From Guillardia theta CCMP2712 (Eukaryota; Protista; Cryptophyta), in the NCBI RefSeq assembly GCF_000315625.1, contig NW_005434658.1, positions 711,139 through 775,138 on the forward strand: a stretch of DNA of 64,000 nucleotides, in the 5' to 3' direction. This document shows positions 1-12,436 of this stretch, piece after piece; position 1 is the first letter of the stretch, and each line of letters starts with the position of its first letter. The notes under the pieces were generated by a model that searched no databases, was not told where the DNA came from, and worked only from the letters and a program-made list of their open reading frames with translations. The translations under genes were made by a program, and so were the position numbers.

Positions 1-6
1 AGAAGC

Positions 7-701
7 ATGGACGGGAGTGTTGACATGGACGCGGCGCTGGCGGCGGTGGAAATGCAGCAGGTGTCTGCTGGGGTAACGAACGTGCTAGTGATAGCAGGAC
101 ATAGCAAGTCGAACTTCTTCCTCTCAACTTCAGTCTACGGCACCGCAGTGTACAGATCTGCGGTAATGGACTTGAAACACAGGACAGTGTCTTTCGAGCC
201 TATGTTGGAGATCGATGATTTCGACCTTGACATGAAGGTGTTTGAAGACATCGTCAGTACGCATGAGGTGAGTTGAATCGCCCCTGATTTTCCCTGAGAA
301 CAACTGCAAGGGAAATGTCGCTTTTTTGTTGGGCACACATGGTTACACTCGTTTTGCAGGAAATGCAGAGAAATGAAATGAATTTGAGCATCACACAGAA
401 GAAAGTTTTCTCAGCGTGCCAAGGTGAAGCAGAGACTGGCCATGTCTTCTATGATAAAAATCTTACCTTGAACGGATACGATTTCTCCTGGGGAAAGCTG
501 TTGCTGGATCTGGCCAAAGGTGGGCGCCCATGGTGGGACATGAAGGAGGATGGAAAATTAGCCTTTGCAATGGTCTGCCACAGGCGCCTGGGAGAGAGCT
601 CAATCTGGAATTCGTTAGAGGAAGACCTCTTGAAGATGATAATCGAGATGATCAAAGTTATAGGATCGTTCGACAAAACCTCATTCTGCTACCAATACTA
701 G
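7..701 (+). CDS. Hypothetical protein with C-terminal F-box-like motif (possibly 5'-truncated by the window)
   Basis: ORFs 7..276 and 315..701 join in frame across a phase-0 GT-AG intron at 268-359 (GTGAGT...TTGCAG). The C-terminus reads AFAMVCHRRLGESSIWNSLEEDLLKMII. Confidence 0.55.
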
Positions 702-1407
702 AATCTCAAATGGGAAGATTGCCTCTCGACGCAGCCCATTTTTCATGGAAGGAACAGATCACCATGAAATTGACTTGCCCGGACAAATAGAATCAGTCTG
801 CTACAGCTCTTTGTTCTTCTCTTTACGCTTTCTTTTGTTTACAGAATATTGTTTGGCCCGGATTGCCCTCTTTTTCTACCTCCATCGATCCCGTACGAGC
901 AGCCGGTTTGCAGGAAAATTGGTTCTAGCCCATCACGTTTCCCTCTCAGCGTATCAGAACGACATCACAGTCATAGACAGTGGAATGACGATCATGAATT
1001 CTCTTGTCTTGGAAGACATCTACCCAAGTCGAAGTTGTGGACAGATCCAGAAGTCTTGCGGGATCAACGAGTTAGGAGAAAGAACTTGATCCACTACTTG
1101 TTTGTCTCTTCTTTCAGATACGATCGAGCATCATCATGATGCTGTTTTGACATGCCACGCCTTAACTCTTCCTACTCACCTCCAAACTTCGAAGCACAGA
1201 GAGTGAAGTCTCAGATTTGCGTGTGCCTGTCTTATGGATGATTAGAGGACTTGAGGAAGGGATCATTCTCCTCCTCCTCCTCTCCTTTTTCTTCTCTCCT
1301 TCGCCACTTTCCTGCCTTTCCTCCTCATCCTCTTCTGCCTGAGTGCCTGCATCTCCTCCTCCGCCAAAGTACCTGCCCATCATCCTCATCCTCATCCTCA
1401 TCATCAT

Positions 1408-1438
<31 letters not shown>

Positions 1439-1780
1439 ATCGTCATCATCATCATCATCGTCATCATCATCCCGTCCTCTACCTTCCTCCTCTCCACCCT
1501 TCCTGCTCTCTTGGCACCCTGTCGTATTGTGAATTTCAAACCCTCCTGTCCTCTTTGTCTCCAGATTCATCACTTGTCCATCACGTTCAAGGGGATAACT
1601 CCAGTTGCAACTGCTGCGTCTCTACGATGCACTCGTTCATGCACCCCTCTCCCCAACCCTCCTTGCTCCACCATTTCCTGTCACTCTCCTCCGGATCCCT
1701 TCGCTCTGAACTCGGCACCGAGTCCGACCTTATCCTCTCACCTTCGCATCCCCTCACTTCGACACAGCGGGATGTGACTT

Positions 1781-1781
1781 G

Positions 1782-1840
<59 letters not shown>
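1781..1840 (+). repeat. (GCAG)15 microsatellite
   Basis: Perfect tetranucleotide repeat read directly. Confidence 0.95.
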
Positions 1841-1842
<2 letters not shown>

Positions 1843-2098
1843 GGAAGACACAACTGGTGTTGTCGGCTTCTGAGCTACTTGTTGATCGATCTGACAAGTA
1901 TTGAAGAGTATAAGAGAATACTAATCCAAGCAGAGTCCAGCAAGTTTGAGTAAGTTACACGTTTGATTTCTTCATGGACTGAAAAAGAAAGGCAAACCGG
2001 AGATTTCAGTCTTTTTTATTTGACCGCCCATCAAATGGTTTCCAGTCAGTTGGCGGGGCAATGGCGCGCAACCGGGGCGGGGCCGGCACAGGACGCGC

Positions 2099-5000
2099 AT
2101 GACAGAGGAGGCAGAGGCTCTGGTTGATCCTGACTTGGCTAACGGGCTATCCATGGACAAGGGGGAGGTGATGGAGATGCAAAGAGGGGCGGGGGAGGTG
2201 GAAGCGAAGGAAGTTCGGCCGCAGGAGGAGAGCATGGAGGAGGACGGCGTCCACACGAGCGGGGTCTACGCTGAGCTGACCTCCCTCGGGGAGCGATGGC
2301 AGAGGATTATGAACCAGGTCCTTCTGTGGCTGAACCAGCCGCTTGCTCTCAACCCCCGAGGAGACTTCGTCCGTCTCGTGCGGTACCTCAGCTACCTATG
2401 CGCATTGTGGACCTCCTTGTCCTCCCCCATGCTCCTGGCCTTCGAGTTGCAGACTTCTTCCTCTCCTTCCTCTCTCTCCTCTTCGTCCTCCTCCCCACCT
2501 CGTTGGCGCTCATGGGTTCCACCTGTGATCATCCTCAGCACCATAGCCGACGTCGTGCTCATGTTTGAGATGCTAGTCGCTTCCATCACCTCCTTCCCCT
2601 ATCACCTCGACTGCGGGGCCCAGAAGAAGATGCAGAGAGACGTGATCATCTGCATGAAGCAATACGCGCGCACATGGCTCCTCCTCGACGCCTTCTCGGC
2701 GTTCCCGGCTGCCTTCCTGCTCTACTCGGTCGTCGGGGTAGGCGGGAAGCTCGGGCGCGTGCTCGAGGCGCTCCTCCTGCTCAAGGGCGTCAGCTTCTTC
2801 CGCCTGTACGCTAAGGTTCACGAGTGGGTGACGCGAGTGGACACGACCATGTGGCTGTGGGTGAGGCTGGGGGCTGCCGCGCTCATCGCGCTGGGAATGT
2901 CTTGGCAATGGAGCGCATGCGTCTGGTTGTCAACGGCGAAGGGGGCGGGGGAGGAGATGGAGGCGTGTAACTCGACCAACAGGACGGGGCCTGCGGTACT
3001 GCTGGTAGTGGAGGAGACGACAGCGGTGTGCCAGTCAAGGTGCAGCAACAGGACAACGCTAATGAGGCTGGAAGGACTGGAGCACAAGTACTTCTGTTCG
3101 CTCCTCTGGTCGCTCCGCATCCTCACGCTCTCGTCGAGCGCAGAGTCCATCCCCCAGTCGCACGGAGAGCGCATGGTGGAGGTGTTTGCCATCTTCTTCA
3201 GCGTCGTCTTCGGGCTGGCGTATGTGCTTGCCAAGCTCTTCATCCTCCACCGCTCACGGAAGACCCTCGCGCACGAGTTCCTCCTCCGGACCATCCATCC
3301 CATGTTCCACTTCCTTGAGCTGCGCTTCAGAGAGGAAGGGAGGAAGACGGGGATTGCTGATCTCGCGTGGCTGCCTCCTGCTCGCTCGACGCGGCTGCTC
3401 AAGAGGAGGATGCAGTTGTTCTACGACAACCAAGTCCATCACCTCCATGGATCCTCTGACCTGCTCGTCCTCGCTCCTCCTTGGCTCCCCTCCCGCCTCC
3501 GTGTAGCTGCCTTCCTAGAGCTGCATGCTGCCTCCCTGCTCTCCATCGACTACCTCGCCCAGTGCGTCAGATGCGCCGCATGGAATGTCGATGCTCGAGA
3601 GATCTGCCAGATGGGCATGGATCGCCCGTTTTCATGCTCCCCGTCGGAGGTGAGGAGAGAGTGAGAGGAGGAGGAGGATGAGTAGAAGAGCGAGATAGAT
3701 CAGCAGGCATCATAGTGTTACGGAAGGAGACAGCACAGAAAACGATAACGGGGGAGGAAAGGGAGGAGCGAGGGGGGGGGAGGGCGGGAGGAGGATGGGG
3801 AAGGTGCAGAGAGGCTTTAAGGGCGTGTTTCGTTAGACGGGGGAGATCTGGTATTGTGCTGACGGGGCAGCAGGGAAGTCAAGCCCAGCAGCTTATCGAG
3901 TTCATCATGCTGAACGCGCGAGTTGTCAACAACCAGCCCGACGACCTGATGGCCTTCCCGCACATGACATTCACCTCCCTCTCCATCCTCCTCCGTGGGA
4001 GGGTGCACGTGGCGGATGCCAGCATGTGGCACGAGGAGAGAGGAGAGCGATCGATCTGCAGTTGGCCAAGGTTCAACAGACAGAACCTCCTCTACACTGA
4101 TATGGAGGAGGAGGAGGAGGAGGAGGAGAACGTTCATGCAAGGAGGAGGATCAAAGGGGAGGAGGTGAGGGGCGTGCCGCATGGTTTCGGGGGGAGGGTG
4201 GAAGGAGGATGGGAAGCGTTGGCAGGAGCGGGAGCGTCGTGGGGCGAGAGTCTCTGCCAGCAGGTTGGAAACAAGAGCTCGAGGGTGCAGGAGGTTGTCG
4301 CCAAGTTCTACATGAGCGACGACAAGTGGAGCATGGAGGGGGTGGAGGAAGCGTCAGTGGTGCCGGGGACGGAGGTGCGGGAAGAGGCGAGCGCTACCAA
4401 GGACGATGGCTTGAGAGAGGAGGAGCTGGAGCTGGATTTGCTGGAGAGCAGTATGGAGCAGAGCAGGGAAAGAAGGAGGGGGGCAGTACCCTTCAAGGCT
4501 GGTAACCTGACTTACGGGGATTTTCACTCGTCTTTGGTGTCCTGTGGTTGTGCGACTGCGTACACCGAGAAGATGAAATATTTGTCTACAGGAGGGATCC
4601 TTGATACTCAGGTGCCCTCCTAATCCTCCTCCACCACCTCACCTTCATCTTCATCCTCCTCCTCCTCTTCCTCCTCCCCCTCCCCCTCCCTCCTCCTCCT
4701 CCTCCTCCTCCTCCTCCTCCTCCTCCTCCTCCTCTTCCTCCTCCTTCTCCTATTCTTCCTTCTCCTCCTCTCTTTCTCCACCCACGGCAAATATTCTCCT
4801 TTTCACTCACATTTACCGCTCCCCCTCTGCTCGGTTACATCCTAAAATCCTATTCCTCCCCCTCCCCTCCCGCCTGCAGAGGTTCGAGGTTTCGACGTTT
4901 CAACGGGCAGTTTCCCTTCTACCGGAAGCTCAGCTGGTAGTGTCGGCAAGTCCCAACGTCAATCCTTTTCCTTTGTCTGACTGTCCACCAGAGTTTCTCG

Positions 5001-6762
5001 ATGTTTGCAAACACATATACCTCCTCCCTCGTGCTCAGCGCAGGTCTGCAAGCACCCACTGAGATTGCTCTGCTGCTATCCCATTTTCCTACTCCTCCTC
5101 TCCTCCTCTACCTTGTTACCATGTGCTCCACTTCACCTCCTGCTATGACTACTCTGTCTCCTCTACTACATCTCTTTCTCCTCCCTCCTCCTCCTCCTCC
5201 TCCTCCTCCTCCTCCTCCTCCTCCTCCTCCTCCTCCTCCTCCATCATCGTCGTCCATCTCCAACACATCAAACAGGATTGCTGGAGGAGATGGCAGAGCG
5301 CTTTCCCGTCTTCGTCGCAGGTTCTCCGGCATGGCAAGAGCAACAGCAGGCAATGACTCCGAGCATGCAGGCGCAGCCGTGACAGCTAGGAAGCAAAGGC
5401 TCCTCAGAGTTCGGTAGACCGCAGAACTCAAAAACGCTCGCAGCTGACCTGCCAGTTTCGCCTCTCCCCTCCTCTCCCCCTTCTCCTTTGCTCTCCTCCT
5501 GTACCCCCTCTGTACCCCCTCTGGCTCCTCTCTCCTCCTCGCTCCTCCTCCTCTACCCATGCCTGCCCGATCCGACCTCCTTATTTTTCCCTTCCCCAGG
5601 AGGCTATGGTTGGACCTCGTCAGAGGAAAATTCCACGAGAACGTATCCTCTCCAACTTTCACTCCTGCTCCCACTCCTGCTTTCTGCTCCTGCTCCTGCC
5701 CCGCCCGCAACTTTCGCTTCTTCCCATTCTCCCTCGTTCTTGTTGCTTCAATTTTCTCCTCTTTGACCCTTTGAAATCCTTCAGGAAAACAATCTCAGAA
5801 AGCTCATCTTGTCCATATCAAAAGGTTCGGGAGCTTGGTTGCGTTCATGATTTGAACTCTTGGCAGTTGGGATGGAATGGGCAATGAAACGGAAGAAGCT
5901 CAAAGACAGGTCGATGTCCCACCTTCCCTTCCCTCCCTCCTCTCCTTCTTACTCTCCTCGAATCCTTCGCTCCCCTCTCCTCCCTCCCCTTCATCCTCCC
6001 TCTCTTCCCTCCTTCCTTTTCATCCTTCTCTTTGCTCGCCTCCTGGTCATCTCTGGGCCCTTTCTCCCTCCTGCTCCGATTTTTCTCACCTCGACCTTCT
6101 GGCAGGTTGAAGAAACTAGAGGATCTCCGCGTCAAGCAGGAAGTAAGTCTCCTTTCATTCCTGTCTTGCTCCTGCTTCCTCCCTCTCCCGCTCCCTGCCT
6201 CTCCTGCTCCTTGCCTGTCTTCCTCCCTCCCTCCCTCCCTCCCCAGTCTCCCTCCCTCCCCTACCCCCCTTCTCCTCCCCGCCTCCTCTCCTGCTTCTGC
6301 TGCTGTCTTATCCCAGCTCAGCTGGAGGAGAGAGCGCTTCGGTCTCTGTGTCGCCCTGGAGCAGGAGGCATCCTCGTCCCGGTGCATCCCGAGGCTCCTG
6401 ACCGCAGGAAGCTTGTGCTGGTGCGTTCCTAGGGGGTGAGCGCCTGGAGCTGACAGGTGACTGCAGGAGAAGTTCATCAGCCTGTGGGAGGAAGCGTGTG
6501 TTGGGCTGGAGGAGATACGAAGACAGAACGAGGTCGGGGGGGAGGAGGAAAGCAGAGCAGAGCAGAGGCAGCAGAGCAGAGCAGAGCAGAGCAGAGCAGA
6601 GCAGAGCAGAGCAGAGCAGAGCAGAGCAGAGGAGGGAGGAAGGGGTGTGGGGTGGAAGGGAGACGAAGAGACAAGTTTAGAAACAAATGTAGCTCGCCCA
6701 AGACCGTGGGGCGAGGCACAGACGAACCAGGAAGCGCTGCATGTGCCATGGGAGGGAAACGT

Positions 6763-6796
<34 letters not shown>

Positions 6797-7079
6797 CGAG
6801 GATACGCCGGGTCCCGAGGTGACCAGTTTGCAGGTCCGAGGGTCGGACGTATCCTACCGAGCGCCCCTCACCTCGCTACAGCGGCAGATCGTAGCGAGCA
6901 AGAGGAGGCAAGTGGAAAAGCTGCAGGAGGAGGAGGAGGAGGAGCACACAGAGCAGCAACTCCTCGACGTCGTTCCCTCAGACGCTCCCGGCCGGCGCTT
7001 GTCAACTATGTCAGTCCGCCCTCTCGCCAGACATTCCACCATCTTCAACTTCTTGAAACTGCCAGGAGAGTCAACATGA
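2099..7079 (+). CDS. Degenerate cyclic-nucleotide-regulated (KCNH/HCN/CNG-like) ion channel, multi-exon
   Basis: Exon 1 has several hydrophobic helices, the YARTWLLLDAFSAFP motif, a pore-helix-like KYFCSLLWSLRILT..IPQSHGERMV segment and a C-linker-like WLPSRLR. The next exon (from about 3874) resembles the start of a CNBD (QPDDLMAF..SLSILLRGRVHV). Downstream exons and the 3' end are uncertain. Confidence 0.6.
6551..6631 (+). repeat. (GCAGA)n pentanucleotide microsatellite, intronic
   Basis: Near-perfect repeat read directly. Confidence 0.9.
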
Positions 7080-7129
7080 CACTGTGGCAGCCCCCACTGT
7101 TCTTCTAGTAATCATATTTCATATCAACT

Positions 7130-7440
7130 TGTCAAGTCAACTAGTAAAAGTCTCACTGTCAGACTCGGCGGCTGACTCGACCACTGGCCGTGCTGATACC
7201 GTACGGTACCGTATGATCAATAAGTTAGTGAGTGACTGTCACAGTAGTACTAGTACGGTCGGGCGTGGCTTGACCTGCGGCCGGGCCAGTGACAGTGACT
7301 GCCGCAGTGCTAAGGCGGCCTGAGTGACTAGGCCCGAGGTGCGCCCCGGGGCCCGGCCCGGCCCGGCCGCGCCCGGCGACGCCGGGGCCCGGAGTCTGAT
7401 TCGTCCTGGCCCGCGGCCCGCTGCCACTTTCGGGAATTCA
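7130..7440. promoter_or_regulatory. Intergenic CCGG/GGCC-rich island 1
   Basis: GTACGGTACCGTA at 7201, TGAGTGACT, and GGGCCCGGCCCGGCCCGGCC at about 7350. Same motif set as eight other intergenic sites. Regulatory function is inferred. Confidence 0.5.
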
Positions 7441-7865
7441 TCATGTGGGTGGGGTAGTGGAAGGAGATCAGGGGGGTAGAAGGGATGGGGTTGATCGATA
7501 CGGCCTCCGTGAAAAATGCTGCCACGGGAACGTCGTGAAGCAGTGGGGGAGAGGGGAGAGAGGGGAGAGAGATGAGGAGAAAAGAGGATGAGAGGGAGAG
7601 ATGGAGTGTAAGGGGTACGAGGAGAGAGCGGAGGAGTTGGGGAGGGGAGAGAGAGGAGAGAGGAGAGAGGAGAGGACTGAAGGGATAGGGAAAATTTTGG
7701 TGAGCGAGGGGATCAACTGTAGGGATGCAAGAGAGGCATTATGTGCGGTAGGACGAGGGAGGACGAACATGCACAAGGAAATATGTGTGAAGCATAATAG
7801 ATTGTTGGCCTGGAGCTCGACATGTTGGTGGGATTCATACCTGACTCGTTGCAAGCAGTGTGGAT

Positions 7866-10800
7866 ATGCCGAATGATTTCCTTGGAAGTGCCCGCCACAA
7901 GAGTTTAAACCGAAGGACTTTTGCCGGAATGATCGCTCTCCTTGCGGTTAAGATTGTGAATTCGATTCCTCTTCCTCGGCCTCACGCAAGCTTGCAGCTT
8001 GAATCTTCCTCCGCATTCCATACCGCCATGGTACTGTATGAGGACCCCTCATGAAGTGGCTGATGTCTTGGGAACAGGGCAGTTTCGCCATGTTTCGAAG
8101 CAGTCGGGTTGTTCCGCAGTCGAGGTTCATCTCAGTCGTCTCTTCTGCCTTCCGTTCGCCACATGCTCTTCGTGCGCCCCACAGCAGCGCCTCCTCCCCT
8201 TCATGGTTCGGAGGACGACGCGCTGGCTGGAACGCGTTCTCCCGCCTTCGGCTGTCGGGAGGATCCGTTGACTCGGCGTCTCTCGAGACTGTCTACGTGC
8301 AGCAGTGGCTGGAGAGGAAGGTAACGCAGGCCCTCTGCGAGGCCTTCGGGGAGGAGGTGAAGGACGTCAACCCAATGGTGGCGATAGCGTCGAAGCCAGA
8401 GTTCGGGGACTACCAGTGCAACGTTGCCATGTCCCTGAGCAAGAAGGTGGGCATGAAGCCGCGGGATGTGGCAGACAAGCTGCTGCAGAGGCTCCATCCC
8501 CTCCTGCAAGACGTGTTTGAGCAGCCAGAGATCGCAGGGCCAGGCTTCCTGAACCTGAGGTTGAGGAAGGACTACATCGGAGGCAGAATCTCCAGGATGA
8601 CAGAGGACGGGGAGAGGCTCGGAATCCCCAAGACCGGCAACCCCAAGAGAGTGATCGTGGACTTCTCCTCACCCAACATCGCCAAGGAGATGCACGTCGG
8701 TCACTTGCGCTCCACCATCATCGGGGACACGCTCTGTCGACTCGAGGAGTTTCTGGTGAGAAACGATGATGGAGCTAAGACGAGGAGGAGGGTCTGCAGC
8801 CTCTGACGCGTCCGAATCTTGTCAGGGTCATGATGTGCTTCGTCTGAATCACGTCGGAGATTGGGGGACGCAGTTCGGGTGAGTGAGCAGCAGGGAAGGC
8901 CAAGGATGACGAAGTAGAAGGGGGGACAGTGAAAGGGGGGTGGGAGGGGTAGGTGGTAAGTGGGGAAAGAGAAAGAACAAGAGGGATACAGCATCGGTGC
9001 AGCCAGGAGGAGGAGGAGGAGGAGGAGGAGGAGGAGACCATACCAAGACTGTGACGCATTGAGCAGGATGCTGATAACGTACTTGCGTGAGAAGGGATTT
9101 ACAGCAGAGAAAGGGCTGGGAGATCTTCAAATCGGAGATCTCGTCAACTTCTACAAGCAGGCGAAAGCAAGATTTGACGAGGATGAAGCTTTCCAGGTGC
9201 CCTGCCCCTGCCCCTGCCACTGCCCCTGCCACTGCCCCTGCCCCGCTGCTTGATTCGAAGCCTTTGTCTAACGTAGTCGTGATGGCAGACAGCTTCAAGG
9301 AAGGAAGTTGTGGCCCTGCAGGTCTGATGAGCTTGACTGTCGAGGGGATCGAGGAAGGAGGGGCAGAAGGAGGGTGGGGAGGGGGACAGGGACGGGAAGA
9401 GAGAAGGCTGGGAAGGAGGGGTTGACAGGGAGAACTGATTTGGGGACTGATGGAACTTGGACTACCAACAGGCAGGAGACGCGACGTCTCTGAGCGGCTG
9501 GTCCATCCTGTGTGAGGCGTCGAGGAAAGAGTTTCAGGTGAAGACAAGCAGCGGATGTCGACTTGCTCGAGTGATGGAAACTTACCTTGAATCAGGTGGT
9601 TTATGACATGTTGAACGTGAGGTTGGAGGAGAGGGGTGAATCGTTCTACAACAACATGTTAGTACGCGCTTCCACATGCCACTCCCTCCTGCTTCTTTCT
9701 TTGCTCCTCCTCTGGTTCATCTTGTTCCTCGCATCTAGGCCTCCTACTCCCTTCCATCCTACCGTGCCTCCGTGCTCCTTCCCTCAGCCCCTTGTGTTCT
9801 TCTCCTCCTCCTATATTTTCTTCCCCACAAAGACTATCCTTCCCAGTTTTCTCTTTTGACTCATTCCTTCCAGGCTGTCCGACGTGATCAGCGGACTCAA
9901 GGTTGGAAGCATCCTTCCTACTGCCACCTTCACTCAAATGTCCTCTCCTTCATCCTGACGTGTTACCTGCAGGAGATTGAGCTTCTCAAAGAGAGCGAGG
10001 GAGCTCGGGTGAGATTTTTTCCTCCCGCAACGTGGACGATGACGCGATGTGATGTAGGTCGTCTATGTGGACGGATACAAGAACAAGGACGGCGATCCCA
10101 TGCCGTTCCTTGTACAGAAGGTCTCCACTCCCCTCAAGTTCCTCTTTTGTTACATCCTCCTCTTCCTCCTCCGCCTCCTCTCCTCTTTTCTACCATCAGC
10201 AGCAGCTGCTGCTGCATTACCACCGCCACCATACTTCACGGAGCTGATAAATTGAAAATAGTCTGACGGAGGATACTTGTACTCGACCACCGACCTCGCA
10301 GGTTTTTTGCCAATCCACCACCACCACCACCACCACCACCTCCTCCTCCTCCTCCTCCTCCTCCTCCTCCTCCTCCTCCTCCTCCTCCTCCCTTCTGGTT
10401 TGTCTTCTCTCGACCTCACTGTTGAGCAGCGATCCGTCATCGCGTGCAAAAGGAGAAGGCAGACAGGATCCTTTACGTCACCGACGCGGGGCAGAGCACG
10501 CACTTCGATCAGGCGAGATGCAGTGGAAGAGAATGGAGGATGGGGGAGGACGAGGAGGAAGATGAATCAGTAGGAGATGGGGAGGAGATGGGCTAGGAGG
10601 AGATGAGTGGGAGGAGAAACGGTTGAAGGAGATAATAAGGAACAGGAATGCCTCGGTCTCATTTTCTTGCAGGCGTTTCAAGTTGCTCGCCAAGCAGGAT
10701 GGGTTCCTTCCCACGTCTCGCTCGAGCACGTTCCCTTCGGCCTTGTCCAGGTCCCTTCCCTGCTCTCTTCCTGTGTTCTCATACTCCCTTCTCCCCTTGC

Positions 10801-12436
10801 CACCATCCCCTCCTCTGCTCTGCGGATGTAGCTATACATCCTATCGCCCTCCGCCTCCCTTGCGCATTCTTCTCCGGGTCTGGTTTAAGTAGTGCACAGG
10901 GCGAGGACGGCAAGAAGTTCAAGACACGATCAGGAGATACTGTGAAACTTCGGTGAAGCTCGGAGAGGATGCAAACACTGGAGAGGAGGGGGAGGAGGAT
11001 AGAACAAGGAGAAACCCAGGAGGAGGAGAGGAGGAGGAGAAGGGGAGGGAGGGCGAGCAGGAAGTGACCAGAAACGCAGGGATCTCCTCGACGAGGCGAT
11101 TGTGCGAGCAAGCAAAGACCTCAGGGAGCGATTGGAAGCAGACAACAAGGTTACCCCTGTTGCCTCCTCTTCCCGCTCCCTCCGCTCCTCCCCTCCCATG
11201 GTTTTATTCCCGTTTCCTTTTCCTGACTTGCTCCGTCAGCCCTTTACCGAGGAGACTGAAAGAACGGCGAGGATAGTTGGTCTAGCAGCGGTCAAGTACG
11301 CAGGTGAAGTTCAGGACAGCGATAGAGAGAAAAGGAGCTGATGGAAAGAGTGGAGTGTCAATGATGAACCAAAAACGGAGGAGGAGGAGGAGGAGGAGGA
11401 GGAGGATATGATTGAATATTCTTCTGACATCAGATCTCAGATCTCAGCATGAATCGAGAAAGCAACTACAGGTTCTCCTATGACAAGATGCTTGCTCTTT
11501 CAGGTGTCTCCTCCCCCCCCGTCGCCCCCTCTCATCCCTCTTGACTTCTCCATTCTCCTCCATTTCATCCTCCTCAACCTCCTTCTACAGGCAACACAGC
11601 TCCGTACATGCTTTACGCCTTCGCAAGAATCAACGGCATCCGGCGGAAGATCGGCTCCGAGATCAAGCTGGTGGGTCGCGATTCCTGTCACTCCCCTCCT
11701 CTCTTCTTCTCTCTCGCTGCCCCAGACTCCCTGCTCTTCTCCTTCGTTTCGTTGCTTCCTCTTCCTCTCCCAGCTTCCTCTTGTCCTCTCCCTCCCTGCA
11801 TCCTCACCAGAGCCCTACAGGACTCCAGCTGCAAGATCATCTTGGACCATCCAGCGGAGATGTTCCTTGCAAGACACCTCGTCTACCTCCCCGAGCTTCT
11901 GCTTGACGTGCGTTGCTCCTCCCCGTTCCTCCCTCCTCCTTCGTGCTGCTCCCATCTCCTTTCCCCCCGGTCGTGCTGCTCCTCTTCCCTGCCCCTCACC
12001 TGCTAGCAGGTAGAGAAAAGTCTGTACCCTCACCGGCTCTGCGAGTACATCTTCGAGCTTTCTCAGCGATTCAATCAGTTCTACGAGAATTGTCCCGTAA
12101 GCATGCAGACACTCTATCCTCTCCCCTTATTCTCCTTCCTCCTTCCTCCCTTGCTCCTTTCCCTTCCCCTTCACTTGCTCCTCCCTCCTCCCTCCTTTCC
12201 TTCTTCACTCCCTCCTCCCTCCTTTCCTACTTCCCTCTTGTAGCTCTGCTCATCTTCCCCTTTGCCGTGCAGGTTGCAAATGCTCCTTCGGAGGAGGAGA
12301 AAAAGTCTCGACTTGCTCTGTGAGTGCCCGGGCTCGAAGCGCATCGCTGACCTTCTCTTCCAGCTGCTCCGCCACTGCCAACACCCTCCAACTCGTCCTC
12401 AACCTTCTTGGCATCGACACCGTTGAGCGGCTGTAA
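7866..12436 (+). CDS. argS: Arginyl-tRNA synthetase with long N-terminal targeting extension, many exons
   Basis: [44 protein letters not shown] (HIGH motif), [54 protein letters not shown], and C-terminal [11 protein letters not shown] phase-0 intron at 8031-8077 links an upstream exon starting at ATG 7866. Confidence 0.95.

Noticed and set aside
1162-1975. Poly-Asp/poly-Ser/poly-Ile ORFs
   Set aside because: They derive from (CAT)/(CGT) microsatellites. A minus-strand gene is possible but no consistent exon chain could be built.
11374-11430. Box C/D snoRNA-like ATGATGA...CTGA in an ArgRS intron
   Set aside because: CTGAC is the usual branch-point motif here, the interior is a GGA microsatellite, and the terminal stem is poor.
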